A stretch of DNA of 63,988 nt, the filler included, from Octopus bimaculoides (taxonomy: Eukaryota), in the NCBI RefSeq assembly GCF_001194135.2. It is 6 parts of 4 records of this genome, joined end to end, with 100 filler letters (N's around TTAATTAATTAA, not from the genome) between each part and the next. Parts side by side here need not be neighbours in the genome. Positions count along the whole stretch, not along the records: positions 22,287 to 48,212 come from NC_068998.1; 5 more parts are not named here. One strand, written 5' to 3'. The notes beneath the pieces are model-generated. The model saw only the letters and a list, made by a program, of their open reading frames with translations, was not told the origin of the DNA and did not search any database. The position numbers were made by a program, and so were the translations under genes. Shown piece by piece: positions 25,101 through 36,444 of the stretch. The stretch's first letter is position 1, and each line of letters starts with the position of its first letter.

Positions 25101-25486
25101 TTAGTTAGTTGGCACTCCGTCGCTTACGACGTCGAGGGTTCCAGTTGATCCGACCAACGGAACAGCCTGCTCGTGAAATTAACGTGCAAGTGGCTGAGCA
25201 CTCCACAGACACGTGTACCCTTAATGCAGTTCTCGGGGATATTCAGCGTGACACAGTGTGACAAGGCTGACCCTTTGAATTACAGGCACAACAGAAACAA
25301 GAAGTGAGACTGAGAGAAAGTTGTGGTGAAAGAGTACAACAGGGTTCGCCACCGTCCCCTGCCGGAGCCTCGTGGAGCTTCAGGTGTTTTCGCTCAATAA
25401 ACACTCACAACGCCCGGTCTGGGAATCGAAACCGCGATCCTATGACCACGAGTCTGCTGCCCTAACCACTGGGCCCATTGCGCCTC
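25101..25486 (-). mobile_element. Intact tRNA-derived SINE family C with TSD
   Basis: Own strand GAGGCGCAATGGCCC-like head with TGGGCCCAGTGG (A-box) and GGTTTCGATTCCC (B-box); 3' end ...gacggagtgccaactaactaa. Flanked by gaatatcg(c/t)ac at 25090-25100 and 25491-25501. Confidence 0.85.
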
Positions 25487-25885
25487 AACTGAATATCGTA
25501 CCACAATGCTCAAATCACGACATAATTCCATATTCATGTATGTTTAGCTTAAATGACACAATTTTTATTGTATCCTTCTGCTTTAAAGATGACTTTTTTG
25601 TTGCGAAATTCCTCTCTTTTTCTTTTTGTACTGGAGTCGCGCATTTCGGAAAAAGATTTTCAGTTTTCACTAAGTATTTAGAATTTAAAAAAAGGTATGT
25701 TTCTTCATAACCTTGTTTAAAATTGTTAATTTTTTTTTTTTTTTTTGGTAACGAGTGAAAAAGAAAACGAAATGGCACACAAAAGAGATATTTAAGTTAA
25801 CATAATACAGGAAAAACACTACAAATGGTCCATTTTCACATAGTCTTTAAGGAAAGCTTTATGTACAAAGCGAAGCTAAGCGAGT

Positions 25886-25887
25886 AT

Positions 25888-25962
<75 letters not shown>

Positions 25963-26000
25963 ATAATAATAATAACAATAATAGTAATGATCATAATAAT

Positions 26001-26038
<38 letters not shown>

Positions 26039-26056
26039 TAATAATAATAATAATAA

Positions 26057-26087
<31 letters not shown>

Positions 26088-26125
26088 AAGAAGAAGAAGA
26101 AGAAGAAGAGGAAGTAGAAGAAGAA
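25886..26125. repeat. Compound microsatellite (GTA)n(ATA)n(AGA)n
   Basis: Directly visible. Confidence 0.95.
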
Positions 26126-26533
26126 AATTACACCTTTCCAATACAGTTATCAATTCACTTGATATCATTGAGTATTTATTCTCGTCGTCTGAAATTATTC
26201 GATTTCGGCATTGTGTGTCCCCACTTCCTCCTTCCTCTTATTCCTCGTTCTCTATTGTTCTACTTGCTTTGTTGTAATGGAGAACACTTTTGTAACTCAT
26301 AACAAGTCGCCGCTTCATCACAAAAGGCTTTGCCTTCATGTCGCTATTGTTGTCACTATTTAGCACCAGATCTAATCGATCAAGGCAGAGCTATGATCTA
26401 ATTATGCCTTCTAATCGTGACCATCTCTTTTCTTTTCAAATAATGGATATCGAGGTACTTACCGAACGTGTCCGTTTGTTTTAATACGCAGGATATGATT
26501 AGAGGGGTATTTGACTTTGGCTGATATTTATAT

Positions 26534-26631
<98 letters not shown>

Positions 26632-26794
26632 GTTCACGTGGTGTAGAGTATATAAACATATGACCCAGCTTAATGACAATGGACGGAAATCTCATCTGGA
26701 ACCTGATATCGAAACTATGTCGTATATTGAAATCGAAGGCAGCTATCTGCCTATCTACAAAACTCATATGGGAAACCTTAGAGTTAGCAGAACC

Positions 26795-27249
26795 TTTAGC
26801 ACGCTGGACAAGATGCTTAGCAGTATTTCTTCCAACTCTTAACGTTCTGAGTTCATATTCCTCAGAGGTTGATTTTGCCTTTAAATCTTTTGGGACCGAT
26901 AAAATATGTAAATATGTACCAGTTGAGCGCTTGGGTCGATGTAATCGACTTCCATCTTCCTTCAAAATTGTTTGTGCCAAAATTTGAAGCTATTGTTGTT
27001 GTTGTTGTTGTTGTTATTGTTATTATCAAGGCGGTGAGCTGGCAGAATCGTTAGCACGTCGGGCTAAATGCCTAGGAACATTTCGTCCGTCTTTACGTTC
27101 TGAGTTCAAATTCCTCCGAGGTCAACTTTGCATTTTATCCAATCGAGTTGATAAAATAAGTACCAGTTACCCACTGGAATCGATGTAATCAACTATCACC
27201 CACCCCCAAAATTTCAGGCCTTGTGCCTATAGTAGAAAGGATTATTATT
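26795..27249 (+). mobile_element. Two head-to-tail SINE family B copies
   Basis: ~26795-26990 and ~27028-27249, linked by (GTT)n. Confidence 0.85.
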
Positions 27250-27262
27250 GTTGTTGTTGTTT

Positions 27263-27544
27263 TACTTCTCAGGACGCTCGGTCTTGTTTGTTCTGGTAAA
27301 TTCTGCGAGAGCGGACAGCAGCCTGCTGTCACAGGTCTCACAAAGTCTCTTTCCGCACATTATAAGATTTGATACTTAGTTGTTAATTATCGTGGGAGAC
27401 ATTGAACATCCAAGTACCAATCTCAAAATCCTAGCTGTCCCCAACAGAGAGGTTTTTGAGGGGGGCTTGCTCTGCTCTCATGTCAATTCCGATTTCTCTG
27501 ACATATTTCTCGAATTTGGTTGCTAGTGCTCCGAGTGCCCCTAC
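27263..27544 (-). mobile_element. 5'-truncated R4/Dong-clade LINE 3' end
   Basis: Translates (I)VGALGALATKFEKYVREIGIDMRAEQA/KTSLLGTARILRLVLGC; its own-strand 3' flank is (AAC)n(AAT)n. Confidence 0.8.
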
Positions 27545-27629
27545 AATAAGTACCAGTTAAGCACTGGGATCGATGTAATCGACTAGACCCACCCCCAAAA
27601 TTTCAGGCATCGTACCTATAGTAGAAAGG

Positions 27630-27700
<71 letters not shown>

Positions 27701-28699
27701 TTTGAAGTTAGAGCATCATCAACAAAATGTTATTAACTGGTTATAATATCAGAATTATTTTATCACTAACTATAACACCTTATCCTCTTGACAATTACAT
27801 ATGTAGCAATTTGACGCCATAATATTTTGAGGTGAAGATATTTGAACAGACACACACACGCACACATATATATAGGGGAAAAGAATGAGAGAGACAAAGA
27901 TTGAAACAGAAAGTGAGAGAGAGAGAGAACATATATGTTCGAAAATTCCCAGTACTGTTCGGCAAAAATTATATCGTGCCTGAGCTTAATTGCTTTATAA
28001 GTATTTAATTTCTGACTCTGGAGTCGGTTTCGCCGTTCATCATTCTGCAGTCGATAAAATAAGTACCAGCTGTTCACTGCTTCTATTCGTTTGGGTTGTT
28101 ATAATTGTGTAATTAGATTTAACAAAAAGTAGGCAGGTTGTCCGTGGAGAAGCATAAACGCATTAAATATGCATTTATGCTTCTCCACGGGCATAATCTG
28201 TCATACAACGCTGAAACTATAATTTATGAAGCGAAGATCACCCCCATCATGCCAAACACTGTGCATTAATATGATATCGGTATGGTGAAAGGTAAATTCA
28301 TGCAAAAATATTTCGTCCATTGTTTTACCTTCTGGAACTAATTATACCTGGATATTGCATTCGATATAAAATGGAAGATTTTGAAAGATGTAAACCTAAT
28401 AGAAATACCTGTGAATTACTTACAACTGAAAAACACCTCATACTCACAAATCTTATTGGATATACTGACTATTTAATTGCCGGATCAGAGATATTCATCA
28501 AATGGTATCATTTCGATATTTATCTGCTATAAACATGAAGGTTATCACTACCTGCCTGAATGGATCAACATAGAGCTGTTTACCGAGAGAATTCATATGC
28601 TTACATTTCCCTCATTTTTCAATAGCCCTGCTACTTACTTCATTCTGAAACTCTACTTTTCATGTTTTCTAAGTGATATATTCTTTGTCTTATTAGTTG

Positions 28700-28747
<48 letters not shown>

Positions 28748-30545
28748 NNNNNNNNNNNNNNNNNNNNNNNNNNNNNNNNNNNNNNNNNNNNNNNNNNNNN
28801 NNNNNNNNNNNNNNNNNNNNNNNNNNNNNNNNNNNNNNNNNNNNNNNNNNNNNNNNNNNNNNNNNNNNNNNNNNNNNNNNNNNNNNNNNNNNNNNNNNNN
28901 NNNNNNNNNNNNNNNNNNNNNNNNNNNNNNNNNNNNNNNNNNNNNNNNNNNNNNNNNNNNNNNNNNNNNNNNNNNNNNNNNNNNNNNNNNNNNNNNNNNN
29001 NNNNNNNNNNNNNNNNNNNNNNNNNNNNNNNNNNNNNNNNNNNNNNNNNNNNNNNNNNNNNNNNNNNNNNNNNNNNNNNNNNNNNNNNNNNNNNNNNNNN
29101 NNNNNNNNNNNNNNNNNNNNNNNNNNNNNNNNNNNNNNNNNNNNNNNNNNNNNNNNNNNNNNNNNNNNNNNNNNNNNNNNNNNNNNNNNNNNNNNNNNNN
29201 NNNNNNNNNNNNNNNNNNNNNNNNNNNNNNNNNNNNNNNNNNNNNNNNNNNNNNNNNNNNNNNNNNNNNNNNNNNNNNNNNNNNNNNNNNNNNNNNNNNN
29301 NNNNNNNNNNNNNNNNNNNNNNNNNNNNNNNNNNNNNNNNNNNNNNNNNNNNNNGTGTTTTAGTCAAAAAAGATTTTAACTTCTTGCAGAGTTCGAGCCC
29401 ACAGCAACATAATATCTCCACTATTTAAGTATTACGTGTCAAAAGTGAAACAAAAACACTCATGTCAAATACTTTCACTTTAAAAATGAAACTATTCTAC
29501 TAACTGAAACAATTACATTTCGATACTGTAATGACAGATATTTTCAGAGAAAGAGAGAAAGAGAGAAAGAGAGAGAGAGAAAGAGAGAGAAAGAGAGAGG
29601 GAGAGAGATGTATATGTATACATATAGATGTATATGTACACGTTATTCCACTAACTGAAACAATCATATTTCGATACTGTAATGACAGATACTTTCAGAG
29701 AGAGAGAAAGAGAGAAAGAGAGAAAGAGAGAGAAAGAGATGTATATGTATACATATACATGTATATGTACACGTATATGCATAGATATATATATAGATAG
29801 ATATAGATCTATATGCATACATGTATATGTATACACTTGTGTAGATGTATATATATATAGATGTACATGTAATATGTACACATATATACATATATANNNN
29901 NNNNNNNNNNNNNNNNNNNNNNNNNNNNNNNNNNNNNNNNNNNNNNNNNNNNNNNNNNNNNNNNNNNNNNNNNNNNNNNNNNNNNNNNNNNNNNNNNNNN
30001 NNNNNNNNNNNNNNNNNNNNNNNNNNNNNNNNNNNNNNNNNNNNNNNNNNNNNNNNNNNNNNNNNNNNNNNNNNNNNNNNNNNNNNNNNNNNNNNNNNNN
30101 NNNNNNNNNNNNNNNNNNNNNNNNNNNNNNNNNNNNNNNNNNNNNNNNNNNNNNNNNNNNNNNNNNNNNNNNNNNNNNNNNNNNNNNNNNNNNNNNNNNN
30201 NNNNNNNNNNNNNNNNNNNNNNNNNNNNNNNNNNNNNNNNNNNNNNNNNNNNNNNNNNNNNCATAAATTGTCAAGTAAATGAGACGCATCTTTGCCTCCA
30301 CTGATTCACTTGCAAAGTGTTGAGTAAAATTATTTCGTTGCAGACCTCCATTGGGTCTTTAGTCCCCAGTTGGTAACATTGATTTCAAGGCCCTCCAAGA
30401 TGAGAGACTGGCATTCCACTTAATGTCTATGTTCCATGCTGGCATGGATTGGAGAGTTATTAATGTAGAAATATGGTATCGTAGCTACTAACAGTTGAGG
30501 GTTGCGTAGTCTAGACGGCGTTTTTAGATTTCATTATTCTCTTTA

Positions 30546-30574
30546 ACCCGGGCAAAGCCGGGTATTTCTGCTAG
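30546..30574 (+). mobile_element. Helitron-type 3' terminus
   Basis: GC-rich hairpin ACCCGGGC-AAA-GCCGGGT, then 7 nt, then CTAG followed by T. 5' end not located. Confidence 0.6.
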
Positions 30575-30714
30575 TATATATATATATATATCAGTATATT
30601 CAGACAATACTTCTACTTTCAGTCTATCAACAAAGCGATATATTTATTTTCCAAGAACCTTTAGATAGATATGAGACACACACGCTCACATACATGCATA
30701 CATATGTGTATGCG

Positions 30715-30976
30715 TGATGGACTCTCCTGTTACAATTTTCTGCTGTACAAATTATTCGTTTATTTTGATCGAATATTTGCTTTGTACATTAGGTTGATCC
30801 CTCCATAAAATCGACATTGTCTACACAGGTGTACGATGTGCCACACGCCAGGTATCAAAGTGGTCGCACAGCAACGTGAAATAGTGTTTTACTCAGGAAC
30901 AGAACGCACCGCCCGAGAATCGAAACTATGATTTTGCGATCGTAAATGCAACATTCTAGCCACTAGGCCATGAGCC

Positions 30977-30977
<1 letters not shown>
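30715..30977 (-). mobile_element. tRNA-derived SINE family D
   Basis: Own strand ggctcatggcctagtggctagaatg...agtttcgattctcgggcgg...cctgagtaaaacactatttcacgttgc with A/B boxes. Confidence 0.65.
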
Positions 30978-31024
<47 letters not shown>

Positions 31025-32609
31025 ACACATATATATATACACACACATGCATACACACATACGTACACACAAACTTATCTCGATTAATCTTAATTTATTT
31101 ACTTACATATTTTTATTGTTAGCTCAAAGAAAATAATTCACCCCAAATTATATATATTTGATAAGGAGTAAGTTGTATTCTTCACCATAATTTACCCCAT
31201 GTCTTCTTTTCCCAAAACATTCGCCGATGAGCTGGCAGAGGTCGTTAAAACGTTGGAAAAATTATTTTGAAGTATCCTAATGATGAGTTCAAGGCCCGTC
31301 CTCCAGGTCGACTTTACTTTTCCTCCTAACGTAATTGTTCCTTCCCAGAGTGTCTGCACTCCAGAACTCATTCCCTGCTCGTGTCTTTCGTGCATGTGAT
31401 GACTCGCAACATATTAAGCGGAACGGTAATGGCACTAAAATCACTGATCTGTGAAGGACATGATCATATCCTCATCCCCAATATTCAGCAAGAAAATTAA
31501 AAGCACGCATGTTCGTTGTTAATGTAATCAAGAAAGTTTAAGAAAATGATTTATAGAAAACAAAGCTTTCGCTAAATTTTGCGAACGCTTACGAACATAT
31601 GCCATGAAACTGTCACATCTAGAAACATATGGGACGAAAATGTCTAAGCAAAAAAAGCGGATCTGTTTCTTTCTTTACATCAGTAACAACCAGGATCTTT
31701 TCTTTGGAATTACTAAATTGACAAGTAATTTAAAAGCCATAAAATTATGTGAAGCATAAGAGGGAAAAAAAGAAAGAATTTTGTTGAAGTCCTTCCGTAT
31801 ATCTTATTTTCTTTTATTGAATATAATTTTCCGTCCACTTTGCTTTATTTCGATTTTCTCATCGACTGCAATGTTTTGTATATGGCTTTTTTTTTGTTGT
31901 TGTTTTTTTTTTAAAGATATTTCCTTTTGCTTTACATTTATCACAAAGCTGTCAGTTTGAATCAGCAAGTTTTTTTTTTTATATTTTATATTACAAGGGC
32001 GTAGCGATGGTAACCGTTTCATCATCGATGTAGAATATGGTATCTTAAAACTAATTTATTCGTCTGTTGCCGTTGGTGTTTCAGTTCTTGTAATTGTATG
32101 TACTTTTAGCTATTATCATTTCTTCATTTCTTTCTTAATAAGCCTCTAAATATTTAGAGAGATCTTAGAAATTTTATATCTTTCGATTCTGTAAACGATA
32201 TAATTACTGTGTCTCCTAGTAACATATGCATACGCATGTATGTACACATTCGCCTCACGTGTCGAAAAGCACAGACACACATATCACGCTCACATACTCA
32301 TGTTTAAACAATACAAATGTATGCACATATATTAGTTTTTGTAAATGAAAACAATGCCACTGATTTACAAAATAAAGTAAATGTGATATTCATGCATTTT
32401 TCAAATGCATTATAAACGTAACTGAATGAAAAGGTTTCAAATAAGAGTCGAAACAAAGACGCTATTTCTATCGAGAAAATAGTTATTTAAAAATTTATCC
32501 TGTAAGGGGAAGTTGTGACGTTCTTTCTTTTCCTAAGGGGCGTAAATGAAATGAATTGACTTCAACTGATAGTTCACTTAAATATTGATCTTATTTACTC
32601 GAGGTATTC

Positions 32610-32825
32610 ACCGGTGAGCTACAGAAATCTTTTGAACTTCGGAGAAAATGCTTTGCGGTATTATTTCCGGCTCTTTACGGTCTGAGTTCAAAGCCCACAG
32701 ATATCGATTTTGCTTTCCATCCTTTTGGAGTCGATGGAATAAAGTACCAATCAAGTACCGGGGTCAGTAGTATTGATTAACCCCGTTCTCTCAAAACTGC
32801 TGACCTTGTGCCTAAATTAGAAATA
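32610..32825 (+). mobile_element. SINE family B, degenerate
   Basis: cggtgagctacagaaatc...gagttcaaagccc...gaccttgtgcctaaattagaaat. Confidence 0.75.
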
Positions 32826-33811
32826 ATATTTATAACTTAATTACTTAAAGGTTTAGGAAGAAGAAAAATAGAAGCAAAAAAAAAGCTATTTGCATGAGTA
32901 TTCCATTACTTTTACTGTTTATTGTCAGAATCTTCTCTGATGCACATTGTATGGAACAGGAACATATTGAACTTTTTTAGATACAGAACAAGATTACGAG
33001 AACGAGGGCGGAATAAAATCAATGCTTCGTGTTCAGAAACTAAACACCTCTTTGCTCTGCGTTAAACAACGTGCACAAACCAGTCTGTGGTTGGTTTTTG
33101 CCTAATGCCATAATTACGACTAACTTCTTTCCCAAATACATAAAATCGTTCACAAATAATGTTTATGTAACCAACTTTAATATTGACATGACTCTCCTTT
33201 TGCATGATCTTTATTTTCTGTGTAATTCTATTCAGCCCTGTTTTATTATCTTCAGATAACAGTTTAGCTGTTATATATTGCATTTTCTCTTATGATACTT
33301 AAAGATATGTACGTCATCAGTAAAAGCATTCGTTCATTATTCCGATACCCTTACTCATTTCACAAAAAGTTTTCATTGTTTTTCTAGTTCTTTTATCAGA
33401 AAATCAATCGCAATAATAAAAAAAAAGCGTAATGGGAATAGCACAGAGCTCTATAAGATTACCAATTCGATTGTGAACTTCTTGATATCCTTACCTATTG
33501 TAGTCTCGCATAAGTGTATTGACTACTGCATAATCGCTGGTTTGTAATGAGCGAGATAGTGGCAGAGTACACGAAGTGGTTAGTAATCATCTTATATCTA
33601 CAAGTCATGACTAGTTTGAAATATAGTTGAAATAACGTAATACCATGCGTTCAATTTATACTAATACATGCTAGTTAATAGCAGTAGGTTCAGTCAGTTC
33701 TTATGAGAAAATGACTGAAGTAATTACGTTAGCTATTTTTGGATTCTACTAGAATATTTCTGATTATATTCCTACCATTATACAGGTATTCAATTATTTT
33801 ATACATGTACA

Positions 33812-33955
33812 GACATGGCTTTGTGGTTAAGAAGTACGATTCGCAGCCGCCTGGTTCTTGCTTCAGTCCAACAATACAGAATCTTGAGCAAATGTTTTCT
33901 GCTAAAACTCCGGGCAACCAATACCTTGGGAATAGACGAAAGCCCATCGTATATA
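33812..33955 (+). mobile_element. SINE family A, highly degenerate 5' part
   Basis: gacatggctttgtggttaagaag...gacgaaagcccatcgtata. Confidence 0.55.
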
Positions 33956-33972
33956 CATACATATGTGTGTGT

Positions 33973-34006
<34 letters not shown>

Positions 34007-34607
34007 CAGAGACAGAGACAGAGAGACAGAGACAGAGAGAGGGGAGGGGAGAGAGAGACTGTTCATGTGTGTAAGAGTTTTTGTGTTTATTTTCTTTCAC
34101 TGCTTGACGTGTTGGTTTTTTTTTTTCATGTCCTCGTAAGTTTAACAAAAGGAAACCAATAGAATAATTACTAATTTTTTTTTTAAATAAGTATTGGGGA
34201 CGTTTTACTCTACTAAACTTTACAAGCAAGTGCCTTATCATAACCGCAGTCCCACGGTGGACATAAGTAAAAGTATAAAAGAAGGATAACACGTCAATCA
34301 ATATTCTAGTCTCTGCAGGTTCTGGAATTTACAAATAAAACCCAAACCAAGTTTAGTTATCTCTTCTGCACCATATTTTAGCAATCGAATTGCAGTGTAT
34401 TGTCACATTTCTGCTTTCTGATTAATTTAAATATTTCATAACAGCTTTCTTTGGTCAGTTGAATACCAACACAAAGTTGATATCCAGGATTCATCTTGTG
34501 CATACCAGTACTTAACATCTCGGAGGGAGTGGCTTCTAAGTGGCAGCTTGATCTTCTAGAAGCAGCAGCTAGCTAGACTTCTCTCAAATCAAGCCTTGCC
34601 ATCTTAA

Positions 34608-34827
34608 CCCTTTAGCATTCGGATTATTCCGTCAAATGCAATGCTTATTATTTCTCATTGTTTTGAACTAATCCTATATTATCTTATAGCTTTGAGATTT
34701 AAATGATGTGATGGTATATTTTTAGAATGGCATTGTAAGTGAAGTGTGAGAGACCAGATCTGGCCAGCCTGAAAACAAAACGGGTCAGATATTTGGGTTG
34801 GATATGGCCGGTTTAAATACTAAAGGG
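34608..34827. mobile_element. piggyBac-type MITE (220 bp)
   Basis: TTAA at 34604-34607 and 34828-34831; TIRs CCCTTTAGCATT / AATACTAAAGGG with one mismatch in 12. Confidence 0.8.
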
Positions 34828-35189
34828 TTAAACAAAGCCTGATACATTAGAAAATGTCATTAATGACTACGTCTGAAATTAAGATGCGATGGTCACATCT
34901 GGAGTGCCGGCAACAGCAACAGCAACCCAGACTCTCTGTGATTTCTTTTACAATACTGAAAAACATTTCTTAATTCTTGTCAATATCATTGTCTTTTTAA
35001 AATTTTTTATTTAGTTATTTATTATTTATGATTTTTTGTTTCTCCATCCACCAATGCAGTAAAACATTCCAACAATATTGCACTCTTAAATCAATGGAAA
35101 TTATGAATAAGATTTGTTTTTGTTGAACCTGGGTACGATTGACTTTAGTTTCTGTTGTAGCTTGTTTGTACAAGTCCTAATCAATATAT

Positions 35190-35330
35190 ATATATATAGA
35201 AATCGATCTGGAGGGATGAAAGTTGATCTTGGCGCAATTTTAACTCAGAGCTTAAGGAACCGAAGACAGTACCGTAAGGCATTTCGTCCGACTATTCTAA
35301 CGATTCTGCTAATTTGCCATCTTGAAGAAC
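35190..35330 (-). mobile_element. SINE family B, degenerate
   Basis: Homology to family B. Confidence 0.65.
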
Positions 35331-35634
35331 TGGATTATTAGCGAAAAACGATAGTTGAACTCGGGGATGAATCTATCAGGCAACCTGACAGTAGGTATTC
35401 TGAACATTCTCACAATGAAAGGTGTTGGCATATTTTAAATAGTAATGTGATTAGCTGGGAAAGTATCAATAATATATATGTATATTGATTCATCACTTTG
35501 GACATTTAGAGGTATATATTTTGAAGGTATCAATAAAGTCGATTGAATTAATCCTAGTGAGAGGAACGTCTATACAATCGGCCGGCTGGCCGTCTGCCTC
35601 AAAAATCCTGCAAACGCATACACAGATATATGTA

Positions 35635-35850
35635 TGTACCTTTTATCTTGTTTCAGTTATTTGAGTGCGGCCATGGTGGCTCACCGCTTTGAAAGGCTTT
35701 ACTCGAACAAATAGACCCCTAGGACTTATTTTCTTAAGCTCAGCCCTAACTACATCTCTTATGCCGAAGCGCTAAGTTACAGGAGATATAAACACCGCGG
35801 TTGTCAAGTGGTGGTGGGGAACAAACACAGACACAAAGACACACACACAC
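35635..35850 (-). mobile_element. SINE family A, 3' body
   Basis: Homology to 1452-1620. Confidence 0.75.
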
Positions 35851-35982
35851 AGTTGTTGTATTTGGGGATGGTCATATTGCCAGTTTATGATTTTTTGTTT
35901 CCCCTTCCACCAATGCAGTAAAACATTTCAGCAATATTGCACTCTTAAATGATATAAACGAAATATATGTATATATATATGT

Positions 35983-36170
35983 GTAAGGAGAATTCCCGAA
36001 AAAACAACAGACGAAGACAGTGGTGTAAACAACAAATGGATGTATTAGTATAACGCTCGGGAATAGAGAAAGTCTTTAACGTTTCGAGCCTACGCTCTTC
36101 AACAGAAAGGAACACAGAAAGAAACAAGGGGAGAAAAAATATGTGTAGTGATCAGCGTTCTATCATGGCG
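35983..36170 (-). mobile_element. Solo 3' terminal segment of a Penelope-like element with hammerhead-like motif (36074-36109)
   Basis: Reverse complement closely matches 63690-63878, which lies downstream of a PLE GIY-YIG ORF. Confidence 0.8.
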
Positions 36171-36284
36171 CGGTGAATGAACTGTCGTCTAAATGATGCA
36201 AAAATGTAAATAACAGACATCTCATTTTAACGGATATATTTACCAAAATTACATTAAAATATCTTGAAATACTAAAGAGTGCAT

Positions 36285-36441
36285 TTATTCAATAAAATCG
36301 CCCTTGGCTTCAACCACGGCCTCCAGTTGACTTTGGAATCTCCTGCAACTCTTCTGGACGGTCTCCTTGTTTAAGTTGGTGAATGCTGCCATGATACTTG
36401 CCTTCAGTTCATCATCGGTGTTACAAGGAGTTTTGTTGGTC
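36285..36441 (-). mobile_element. Tc1/mariner-superfamily transposase C-terminal fragment
   Basis: Translates TNKTPCNTDDELKASIMAAFTNLNKETVQKSCRRFQSQLEAVVEAKGDFIE*, matching the typical RLEAVVEANGxxIE ending of Tc1/DD37D-like transposases. Confidence 0.75.
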
Positions 36442-36444
36442 TAT

